Shown in pieces: positions 8,595 through 16,106 of a DNA stretch of 16,330 nt (the first letter of the stretch is position 1; each line of letters begins with the position of its first letter). A program made the translations under genes and the position numbers. Origin of the DNA: Lysobacterales bacterium (lineage in GTDB: Bacteria > Pseudomonadota > Gammaproteobacteria > Xanthomonadales > Ahniellaceae); contig JBGSKT010000061.1 of NCBI GenBank assembly GCA_041741075.1, positions 1 to 16,330 on the forward strand, read 5' to 3'. Below the pieces are notes generated by a model. The model was not told the DNA's origin, did not search any database, and worked only from the letters and a program-made list of their open reading frames with translations.

Positions 8595-9983
8595 ATGCTC
8601 GACTCACCCGCAGTTTTGTTTGTCATCGGCCTCGCCCTGGCGATCCTCGCCCTCACCTTGTTCTTCTGGGTGGTCGCGCTGCGGCGGGTGGTGCCGGTCA
8701 ATGAAGTGCATATCGTGCAGAGCCGCAAGAGCACCGTGTCCTACGGCAAGGGCTTTGCCAGCAACACCTACTACGAGTGGCCGTCGTGGATTCCCTTGAT
8801 CGGCCTGCAGAAGATCATGCTGCCGGTGTCGAACTTCGCCATCGACCTGCCCGACTACGCCGCCTACGACAAGGAACGGGTGCCGTTTCTGGTCCACGTG
8901 ATGGCGTTCTTCCGGATCACCGATTCCAACACCGCGGCGCAGCGGGTGGCCTCGTTCGGCGAGCTCAAGGACCAGTTGACCGCGATCGTGCAGGGCTCGG
9001 TGCGCACCGTGCTGGCCGGCCACGAAATCGACCAGATCATGCTCGACCGCAGCCGCTTTGGCGAGGCCTTCACTCGGGAAGTACAGCCGCAGCTCGGCAG
9101 TTGGGGTGTCGAAGCCATAAAAAACATCGAGCTGATGGACATCCGCGACACCAAGGACAGCGAGGTCATCCACAACATCATGGCCAAGCGCACCTCCGGC
9201 ATCGAACGCGAATCGCGGCTGGTAGTCGCCGACAACACGCGCCAGGCCGAAATGGCCGAGATCGCCGCCAAGCGCGAAATCGAAATGTCGCGCCAGTTGG
9301 CCGCCGAACAGGTCGGCCTGCGCACCGCCGAGAAGGACAAGAACGTCGGCGTCGCCAACGAACAGGCCGCGCAGCAGGTCAAGGTGCAGCAGCGCGAAAC
9401 CGCAGCCAGGGAAATGGACGTGGTCCAGGTCAAGAACGTGCGCGGCGCCGAGATCAGCCGCGAGGTCGCCGTGATCGCCGCCGGCCAATCCAAGGAAGTC
9501 GCCATCGTCCAGGCCGAAGCCAGCAAGCAGGTCGCCATCGTCGAGGCCGAAGGCAACAAGCAGCAGACGGTGCTGACCGCCGAGGGCCAGCTGGAAGCGG
9601 CCAAGCGCAATGCCGAAGGCATCGCGGTCGAGGGCGCGGCCAAGGGCTCGGCCGAAACCGCAATCCTGATGGCGCCGGTGGACGCGCAGATCAAGCTGGC
9701 CGAGAAAATCGGCAGCGACCAGGGCTACCAGAACTATCTGCTCGGAATCCGCAACATCGAAGCGGCACAGGCGGTCGGCGAGGCCCAGGCCGGCGCGCTC
9801 AAGACCGCCGAGATCAAGGTCATCGCCAACGCCGGCACCCCGGCCAAGGGACTGTCCAACGTCATGGATCTGTTCTCGGCCGGTGGCGGCACCGCCGTCG
9901 CCAGCATGCTGGAGGGCCTGGCCCAATCGGCCGAAGGGAAGAAGGTGCTGGATAAACTGACCAAGCCGGACCCGACCGAATAG
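8595..9983 (+). CDS. SPFH/band-7 flotillin-like membrane protein (YqiK/FloA-like).
   Basis: The start was trimmed to ATG 8595 (MLDSPAVLFVIGLALAILALTLFFWVV..; AGGAA Shine-Dalgarno at -10). It has an N-terminal TM helix, an SPFH core, and a long C-terminal E/A/Q-rich coiled-coil with repeats (EVAVIAAGQSKEVAIVQAEASKQVAIVEAEG..) typical of flotillins. The track ORF from 8103 overlaps the upstream gene in another frame and has a low-complexity N-terminus, so it was rejected. Confidence 0.85.
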   Translation: MLDSPAVLFVIGLALAILALTLFFWVVALRRVVPVNEVHIVQSRKSTVSYGKGFASNTYYEWPSWIPLIGLQKIMLPVSNFAIDLPDYAAYDKERVPFLVHVMAFFRITDSNTAAQRVASFGELKDQLTAIVQGSVRTVLAGHEIDQIMLDRSRFGEAFTREVQPQLGSWGVEAIKNIELMDIRDTKDSEVIHNIMAKRTSGIERESRLVVADNTRQAEMAEIAAKREIEMSRQLAAEQVGLRTAEKDKNVGVANEQAAQQVKVQQRETAAREMDVVQVKNVRGAEISREVAVIAAGQSKEVAIVQAEASKQVAIVEAEGNKQQTVLTAEGQLEAAKRNAEGIAVEGAAKGSAETAILMAPVDAQIKLAEKIGSDQGYQNYLLGIRNIEAAQAVGEAQAGALKTAEIKVIANAGTPAKGLSNVMDLFSAGGGTAVASMLEGLAQSAEGKKVLDKLTKPDPTE

Positions 9984-10321
9984 TTTCGCCGGATCGGCAA
10001 AGGCTGTGTTGCCAGGCCGGGGCCAGGTCCGGTCGAAAGCCCGGGTGGGTAACGCGCATCCACTGCACCCACGAGCGGCTGCGCTGCCGGGCCGCCAGTC
10101 GTGCCTTGGACCAGGTCCATGCCTGCTCGTTGCCGCCGCGCCAGACCGTTGCGGATCCAGGTTGGCGTTGCGCCGGGAGCGCCGCTTTCCGGGGATTTCC
10201 TGTTCTTTCTGGACGAACAATGGCGGTTCGGCCGAGAAACCTTTCTTCCGTTTGGCCTGGTCGTGGGTGAGGGTCTCGACGGATTTTGCCGTGCTGTGCC
10301 TGGGCGCTCTGGCGGTGATCC

Positions 10322-11410
10322 TTACGCTTTGTCTCCCAACCGCTCGTCACCGGTGAGGATGCGGTACAGCGGCAGGTTGATGTAGTAGTTGGAGCGACCG
10401 ATTTTCTGCTTATGCACAAAACCGGTGGCGGCCAGTGCGTCGAGGTACTTGCTGGCGGTCAGCCGCGAGACTTTGAGATCGTTTTGAATGAATTCGATCT
10501 TGGTGTATGGGTGACTGAACAGGTTGTTGATCAGGTCCTGGCTGTAAAAACGGTGTTGCGCGCGGATGCGGTGCTTGACGTCCAGCAACAACTGCTTGAT
10601 TGCCTGAATGGTCGTGATCGCTTCGCGGGCGGTGTGTTCGACTGCGACCAGCATGTACAGCACCCAGGCTTCCCAGGCATCGTCTTCACGCACCGCCTGC
10701 AGCAGGCGGTAGTAGTCCGACTTGGTGCGCACAATGTGGCGGCTAAGGTAGAGGACCGGAAGTTCGAGCAAGCCCTGCTTGACCAGGTACAGCACATTGA
10801 TGATGCGGCCGGTGCGGCCATTGCCATCGTAAAAAGGATGGATGCTTTCGAACTGGTGATGGATCAGCGCCATCTTGATCAAGGGATCGGCATCGAACAG
10901 CGCGTCGTCGTTGATGAACTGCTCCAGCGATCCCATCAAGGCCACGATCGCTGCCGGATGTTGCGGTGGGGTGTAGACCGTTTCTCCGGCAGCGGTCTTG
11001 AGTGCGGTGCCGGGCAGCTTGCGAAAGCCGGCATTGTTTTGCTCCAGCTCCTGTTGAATCTGCAGGATGTGGTTATTGGTCAGCAAGCCGCTCGCGCGCA
11101 CTGCTTCGAATCCGACCCGCAATGCCTGACGGTAGCGTGCCACTTCCTTGGTGGCCGGCGAACTGCCCGCGTCCGGAAACACCGCGTTGCGAAACAACTC
11201 ATCGTGGGTGGTAACGATATTCTCGATGGCCGAACTGTCCTTGGCTTCCTGCAAGCCCAGCGTATTGATCAGGATGCCCTGGTGCGGGATGGAAGCCACC
11301 ACACCCTTGAGTTCGGCCAACTGCCGACTCGCGGCCGCCACTTGCTTCAGGATGATCGGCGTTTCGAAGCGCTGAGCTGCGAGCTGGTCGAGCGGGAAAA
11401 TGGGCGTCAT
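10322..11410 (-). CDS. fic: Fic-domain protein (AMPylation/adenylyltransferase family). It has the canonical active-site motif and an N-terminal auto-inhibitory motif, with a winged-helix-like C-terminus.
   Basis: HPFYDGNGRTGR matches HxFx(D/E)GNGRxxR. The N-terminal SSAIEN matches the [ST]xxxE[GN] inhibitory helix motif of class II Fic proteins. The start was trimmed to ATG 11410 (MTPIFPLDQ..), which has a GAGG Shine-Dalgarno at -9 and a sigma-70-like promoter just upstream. The track start at 11473 would put that promoter inside the ORF. The gene lies in a clearly lower-GC stretch. Confidence 0.85.
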   Translation of the reverse strand: MTPIFPLDQLAAQRFETPIILKQVAAASRQLAELKGVVASIPHQGILINTLGLQEAKDSSAIENIVTTHDELFRNAVFPDAGSSPATKEVARYRQALRVGFEAVRASGLLTNNHILQIQQELEQNNAGFRKLPGTALKTAAGETVYTPPQHPAAIVALMGSLEQFINDDALFDADPLIKMALIHHQFESIHPFYDGNGRTGRIINVLYLVKQGLLELPVLYLSRHIVRTKSDYYRLLQAVREDDAWEAWVLYMLVAVEHTAREAITTIQAIKQLLLDVKHRIRAQHRFYSQDLINNLFSHPYTKIEFIQNDLKVSRLTASKYLDALAATGFVHKQKIGRSNYYINLPLYRILTGDERLGDKA

Positions 11411-11436
11411 ATCGACCTCGTTGCGCTTATTGTGCA

Positions 11437-11465
11437 TAGTAAAGCGCATTGTTCTATGCATGTCA
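11437..11465 (-). promoter_or_regulatory. Candidate sigma-70 promoter for fic: -35 TGACAT and -10 TACTAT on the minus strand, with a 17-nt spacer.
   Basis: The reverse complement of 11437-11465 reads TGACAT-N17-TACTAT and sits about 25-55 nt upstream of the ATG at 11410, in an AT-rich patch. Confidence 0.3.
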
Positions 11466-11589
11466 TGGTGCATCCGCCTAGCTACGGAGCGTTTTCGATG
11501 CAGATCTGCTCACACTGGCGCAAATACCGAAGCTTTCAGCTGCCCATGCGCGCGCCGCCCGTGAGCTGGTCGGCGGCGCGCGAGTCGGT

Positions 11590-11686
11590 GGTGATCTCGG
11601 ATGGTGATCTCGGACACCCACTCTTTCGGGAAGATCTCGCGGGGTGATCTCGGACACCCACTCTTTCGGTGGAAAATTGGGTGTCC
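11590..11686. repeat. Repeat cluster with two perfect 27-bp direct repeats (ggtgatctcggacacccactctttcgg at 11603-11629 and 11643-11669) and partial copies (ggtgatctcgg 11590-11600; agatctcgcgg 11632-11642). The second copy pairs with gggtgtcc (11679-11686) to form a 9-bp-stem hairpin.
   Basis: Read directly from the sequence. The translated ORFs on both strands repeat EITPRD/EITIRD-like peptides here. No plausible CDS covers the region. Confidence 0.85.
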
Positions 11687-11973
11687 TGCGCTCTCCACCG
11701 CCCTTTATCGCCAAGGTGTACCGAGCGTCAAGCACCGAACTTGTGACGAACCCACAGGCGCCAGGACGTTTCGAGCTCTGGCTTCCGGCACACGCAATCA
11801 AGCGGCGTGATTGATTGCCGCCTTCTGACGCCCGACAACATCCACGCGTTTTGCACCACCGCTCTTGCCGCCTGCGCAACCGCCAGCCATCCCGAGCGAC
11901 CACTCGTCATATTGTTTGCCAGGGCAAGCGGGGCATCACGCAGGATAACCAGCACCTACCACGGAGATATGCC

Positions 11974-12930
11974 ATGACCGCATTCTTTGCGACACCCCGA
12001 TCCTTGCACTCGTCCGACAGCCTGCTCGACGCGCTCAAGCCCCTTGCCATTGCCGCACTGCTGGCGCTGGGCAATGTCACGCTCGCTTCCGCTGAGGCAC
12101 TGGCACGCAATAACCACGGCCTTGGCGTTGAGGTGATCGGCAAGGGCAGCCCGTTGATCATGATCCCCGGCCTGAACAGCGCCGCCGACACCTGGCGCGA
12201 AACCTGCGCCGCCCTGCGACCCGAAGTGCAATGCCATCTGCTGCAATTGCCTGGCTTTGCCGGCCAACCGGCCGTTGCAAGCGACGCCTTTCTCGATACC
12301 ATGCGCGATCGCGTGCTGGCCTATGTTGACGAGCAGGGCTTGCGCTCGCCGGTGGTGATCGGACATAGCCTTGGCGGCTTGTTGGCGCTGAAGATGGCGC
12401 TGAAATCACCGCGGGCATTTTCGCGGCTGATCATCGTCGATTCGTTGCCCTTCTTCCCGGCGGCGCAAAACCCGGCCGCGACGGTGGCAAGCGTTACGCC
12501 GATGGCCGAAGGCATGCGCCAGAGCATGCTGGCTGCCGATGATGAGAGCTTCTTTCGCAATGCCCAGGCGGCACTGGCAGGCATGAACCGCTCGCCCGAG
12601 CGGGTAAAAACGCTGGGCGAATGGGGCCGCGCCAGTGATCGCGCCACCACCACCCAGGCCCTGTATGAACTAATGACCACCGATGTACGCGCGGCTATCA
12701 AGGACATCCACACGCCGACACTGGTGCTCGGCGCATGGGCCGCCTATGCGCAATACGGCGCCACCCGCGAATCGACGGAGTCGATCTTCCGCGACCAATA
12801 TGCGGCGCTCGACGGTGTTCGTATCGAAATGAGTGATAGCGGTTACCATTTCCTGATGTGGGACGACCCGCAGTGGCTGCAATCGCAGGTACGGGCGTTC
12901 TTGAGCGCCAACACGGGAACCGGAAAATAA
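11974..12930 (+). CDS. Secreted alpha/beta-fold hydrolase (esterase/lipase-like).
   Basis: The start was trimmed to ATG 11974 (GGAG Shine-Dalgarno at -11..-8). The N-terminus MTAFFATPRSLHSSDSLLDALKPLAIAALLALGNVTLASA-EA looks like a signal peptide. The nucleophile elbow is GHSLGG (G-x-S-x-G). Its length, about 318 aa, is typical of alpha/beta hydrolases. The track ORF from 11815 adds a non-protein-like leader. Confidence 0.8.
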   Translation: MTAFFATPRSLHSSDSLLDALKPLAIAALLALGNVTLASAEALARNNHGLGVEVIGKGSPLIMIPGLNSAADTWRETCAALRPEVQCHLLQLPGFAGQPAVASDAFLDTMRDRVLAYVDEQGLRSPVVIGHSLGGLLALKMALKSPRAFSRLIIVDSLPFFPAAQNPAATVASVTPMAEGMRQSMLAADDESFFRNAQAALAGMNRSPERVKTLGEWGRASDRATTTQALYELMTTDVRAAIKDIHTPTLVLGAWAAYAQYGATRESTESIFRDQYAALDGVRIEMSDSGYHFLMWDDPQWLQSQVRAFLSANTGTGK

Positions 12931-12985
12931 TCGCGATGCGTGCGTACTGCTGGCTGACCACTTCCCCGCGCACGGCAGTGCGCGC

Positions 12986-14044
12986 ATGATCCCGCAAACC
13001 CCGGCGCGGCGGTTCTGGTTGCTCAATGCGCTGGCGTGGGCGTTGTATCTCGCGCTAAGTGCCTTGCTGTTTTCCGCCTTCGCCGGCTGGTCATCGGGCA
13101 TGTTGCTGATCAGTGTGGTGCTGAGCGTGGGCATGTTTCTGGTCAGCGGCGCGCTGCGCTGGCAGGCACTGCGCCGGGACTGGTTCGCGCTCGGCCCCTT
13201 GGCTCTGCCAGCGCGCCTGTTACTGGCAGTGATGCTCGGTGCGGCACTGGTGCAGGCGCTGATCCAATTGGCGCTCAGGCTGGCCTTGCACTGGCAGTGG
13301 GTCAGCCTGTCGGCGGACGCCTCCTTCACGCCCATGGCGATCTTCGGCTACTGGATCAACACCGCCATCGTGTTGGCTTTGTGGACGGCGGCATGGGTTG
13401 GCGTGCATGCACTTCGTCGCTATCGCCATGGCGAAGTGGCGCGGCTCAAGGCCGAGGCGGCGCGCCATGCACTGGAGCTTGATGCCCTGCGCGCACGCCT
13501 CAATCCGCACTTCGTGTTCAATGCGCTCAACAACCTGCGGGCACTGATCAATGAAGATACCGAACGCGCCCGCGAGCTGGTGACGCGCTTGTCCAACACC
13601 TTGCGCCATGCACTGGAGCATCACCAGAACGAACGGGTGACACTGGCCGACGAACTGGCGGTGGTGCGCGACTACCTGGCGGTGGAACAGGTGCATTACG
13701 AACAGCGGCTGCGGGTACGCGAAGAGGTTTCCGAAGCGGCACTCGATACCGCACTGCCGCCCATGCTGCTGCAACTGCTGGTGGAAAACGCCATCAAGCA
13801 CGGCATCGCACGCACTCCGGACGGTGGCGAACTGGTCATCAGCGCCACGCTGAATGCGGCACGATTGCAACTGGTCGTGCGCAACCCGGGCGTGTTGCAC
13901 GCGCATGGCGCGCCGGAGACCACCCGCACCGGCGTTGGCCTTGCGTATCTGCGCAACGCGCTGGCGCGCTGGACCGGAACCGCGACGTTCGAACTGCGGC
14001 AGGTCGGCAACGACGTGCTCGCTACTCTGGAGATTCCCCAATGA
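12986..14044 (+). CDS. Compact LytS/AlgZ(FimS)-type sensor histidine kinase (His_kinase PF06580-like + HATPase), with no GAF or other sensory domain.
   Basis: About 4 N-terminal TM helices, then the signature NPHFVFNALNNLRALI (the phospho-acceptor His of LytS/YehU/AlgZ kinases), then ..LLQLLVENAIKHGI.. (N-box) and ..GVGLAYLRNAL.. (G-box). The 3' end overlaps the LytTR regulator by ATGA. Confidence 0.85.
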   Translation: MIPQTPARRFWLLNALAWALYLALSALLFSAFAGWSSGMLLISVVLSVGMFLVSGALRWQALRRDWFALGPLALPARLLLAVMLGAALVQALIQLALRLALHWQWVSLSADASFTPMAIFGYWINTAIVLALWTAAWVGVHALRRYRHGEVARLKAEAARHALELDALRARLNPHFVFNALNNLRALINEDTERARELVTRLSNTLRHALEHHQNERVTLADELAVVRDYLAVEQVHYEQRLRVREEVSEAALDTALPPMLLQLLVENAIKHGIARTPDGGELVISATLNAARLQLVVRNPGVLHAHGAPETTRTGVGLAYLRNALARWTGTATFELRQVGNDVLATLEIPQ

Positions 14045-14775
14045 CGGCACCGATGCGCGCACTGATTGTCGATGACGCGCGGCTTGCCCGCCAGGAACTT
14101 CGCACCCTGCTGGGCGCGATCACAGATGTAGACCTGGTTGGCGAAGCCGACGACGTTGCCAGCGCACGCACCGCCATCGCAACGTTCCAGCCGGACGTGC
14201 TGTTCCTCGATATCCAGTTGCCATCGGGCACCGGCTTTGATGTGCTCGATGCACTCGAAGCGGCGCCCTGCGTGGTGTTCACCACCGCCTACGACCAGTA
14301 CGCGGTGCGTGCGTTCGAGGCCAATGCACTCGACTATCTGGTCAAGCCAGTGGAACCCGCGCGCCTCGCCCAGGCCCTGCAGCGCGTGCGTGCGCAGCTC
14401 GATGTGCCGCCAGCCGGTATCGATGCCGGTGGCTCACCGCTGGGCCCTGATGATCGGGTTTTTCTGCGCGACGGCGAGCGCTGCTGGTTCGTCACACTCG
14501 CCGAGATCATCCGCATCGTGGTCGATGGCAATTATTCACGGGTCTGGTTTCGCAATGAGCACGCATTGTTGGCGCGCAGCCTGGCCGCCCTCGAAAGTCG
14601 GCTCGACCCGACCCAGTTCTTCCGCGCCAATCGCAACACCCTTGTCAACCTGCGCCAGGTGCGTTCAATCGAACAATCGATCAGTGACGGCTACCTGCTC
14701 ACGCTCAAGGATGGCAGCACCGTTGACGTTTCGCGCCGGCAGGCGCGCGAGCTGCGCGAACGTTTGGCGCTGTGA
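14041..14775 (+). CDS. LytTR-family response regulator (REC + LytTR DNA-binding domain; BtsR/YehT/AlgR-like).
   Basis: MRALIVDDARLARQEL..DVLFLDIQLPSGTGFDVL..VFTTAYDQYAVRAFEANALDYLVKP (receiver domain), then ..FFRANRNTLVNLRQVRSIE..TVDVSRRQARELRERLAL (LytTR domain). A GGAG lies upstream inside the end of the kinase gene. Confidence 0.9.
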   Translation: MTAPMRALIVDDARLARQELRTLLGAITDVDLVGEADDVASARTAIATFQPDVLFLDIQLPSGTGFDVLDALEAAPCVVFTTAYDQYAVRAFEANALDYLVKPVEPARLAQALQRVRAQLDVPPAGIDAGGSPLGPDDRVFLRDGERCWFVTLAEIIRIVVDGNYSRVWFRNEHALLARSLAALESRLDPTQFFRANRNTLVNLRQVRSIEQSISDGYLLTLKDGSTVDVSRRQARELRERLAL

Positions 14776-14816
14776 TTGATGATGTGAACCAAAGCTGATC
14801 GCAGCAAGCAACGGCA

Positions 14817-16106
14817 TCAACGCGTTCCCAGCGTTGCGCCGACGCCGCGCTCACCATGCTCGAACGCCTCGGCAAAAGCGTCGAGTTCGTGCGCACTTAT
14901 GCCCAATGCGCGGCCGACCTTGCGCCACATCGATACCGAGCGTTCGACTTCGCCGAGGATGCGGCGCGCGGTGGCGGCGGTGAGGCGAAAGTAGGCGGCG
15001 ACCGACAGCAAGGCATCGATGGACGCGTCGGGGCCACTGTCCTCGGAAATCCAGGTCTTGAGTTCGCGGGCACGCTCCGGGAATGGATTCAGATCGAAGG
15101 CCGGAGCGAGCCGCCAGCGCCCGGACTGCACGTGCAGAAAGCCGTGGTTGTGCAGGTGGTCATCGACATTGGTGATCAGGATGTTGAAGGCCATGCGCCG
15201 CCACAGTGCGTCGATGTCGGCTTGCGGTTCGGCACCGTGTTGGCGCAGCGCGTCAACGAGCTCGGGGTAGGTGTGCGGCGTGGCGTCGTCGGCGTCTGCA
15301 CCGATCATGGTGGCGGCGGAGATGTACAGCAGGCGACCGCCCTCGGCGGGGCGGTCGAAGCGGCGGATCAGGGCGACCGGGCTGCCATCGCTGTCGAGCA
15401 AGCGTGCGTCGGCCACATCGATACCGGCGTCGCGGGCCAACCGCATCGCCAGTACTTCGCCCTTGGTTACGGCGCGATCGTCGGCAACGCTGGGGAACTT
15501 GCCGATCGCGAGATGGCCTTCGTCGTCGATGATGGAACACTTGGGCCGCAATCCGCCCAGCGAGGTGCCGCGGCCGAGCAGGAAGGCGAGATCGGCAGCC
15601 GTCTCGGTGTGCATTTCCACGGCACGCGATGCGCGCAGCAGGTGATCGAGTTCGATCAACGGCGGTACACCGCGCTGCCCGGGCTCTGGCGCGCGTTGGA
15701 ACACACCGTCGGCATCCGCAAATCGCAACGCACCAACACGGCTGACGTCGTCCACCGCCAGCAGATAATCCAGTGGATCGAGCGCGCGCGTGGCGGTGCC
15801 GCCCGCTTGCTTGCGCGCGCCTTGCCGCCGCTTGGCGTGGTCGCGCGACACCAACTTGCGCCCCCAGCCATCGGGCTCGGTATCGGCGATGGCACCATGA
15901 AACAACGACCCCTCGCGCGAGCGGCGATGGAACTGCATGCCGGCGACCAGGGGTAGCCCGGGCTCGATCGCGAAACGGTCCGGGGCGGCCAACCAGTCGG
16001 GGTGATACTCGAATCCGGCGCTGTATCGCGTGCCCTGGGCATCGAAGCGCAGCACGCCCAATGGCCGTGCGCTTTCACCAAGCCATACGTTGATGCTGCG
16101 TTTCAT
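14817..16106 (-). CDS. hipA: HipA-family serine/threonine kinase (type II toxin-antitoxin toxin).
   Basis: HipA N-terminal coupling domain (MKRSINVWLGESARPLGVLRF..YHPDWLAAP..PLVAG). Catalytic-loop motif FNILITNVDDHLHNHGFL (compare FNxLIGNxDDHLKNxS). Downstream LAPAFDLNP (compare the Mg-binding SPAYDL). P-loop-like region GTSLGGLRPKCS. About 429 aa, against 440 aa for E. coli HipA. The start ATG overlaps the stop of the upstream HTH gene (ATGA). Confidence 0.85.
   Translation of the reverse strand: MKRSINVWLGESARPLGVLRFDAQGTRYSAGFEYHPDWLAAPDRFAIEPGLPLVAGMQFHRRSREGSLFHGAIADTEPDGWGRKLVSRDHAKRRQGARKQAGGTATRALDPLDYLLAVDDVSRVGALRFADADGVFQRAPEPGQRGVPPLIELDHLLRASRAVEMHTETAADLAFLLGRGTSLGGLRPKCSIIDDEGHLAIGKFPSVADDRAVTKGEVLAMRLARDAGIDVADARLLDSDGSPVALIRRFDRPAEGGRLLYISAATMIGADADDATPHTYPELVDALRQHGAEPQADIDALWRRMAFNILITNVDDHLHNHGFLHVQSGRWRLAPAFDLNPFPERARELKTWISEDSGPDASIDALLSVAAYFRLTAATARRILGEVERSVSMWRKVGRALGISAHELDAFAEAFEHGERGVGATLGTR

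Noticed and set aside
9984-10321. A possible tRNA or integrase remnant marking an island integration site downstream of fic.
   Set aside because: I scanned for the GTTCGAnTC T-arm and cloverleaf pattern and for integrase-like R..HxxR..Y translations in all frames. Nothing convincing was found, only minor hairpins.
11411-11473. A longer fic start (MHHDMHRTMRFTMHNKRNEVD-MTPIF...).
   Set aside because: The 21-codon extension is His/Met-rich and non-conserved-looking, has no Shine-Dalgarno, and would contain the predicted -10/-35 promoter. ATG 11410 has a GAGG Shine-Dalgarno.
11478-11955. Small ORFs (-11478..11903, -11510..11698, +11601..11810, -11728..11955) in the fic-hydrolase spacer.
   Set aside because: Their translations are driven by the 27-bp repeats (recurring EITPRD/EITIRD peptides), are Arg/Pro/Ser-rich with no domain signature, and overlap one another on both strands.
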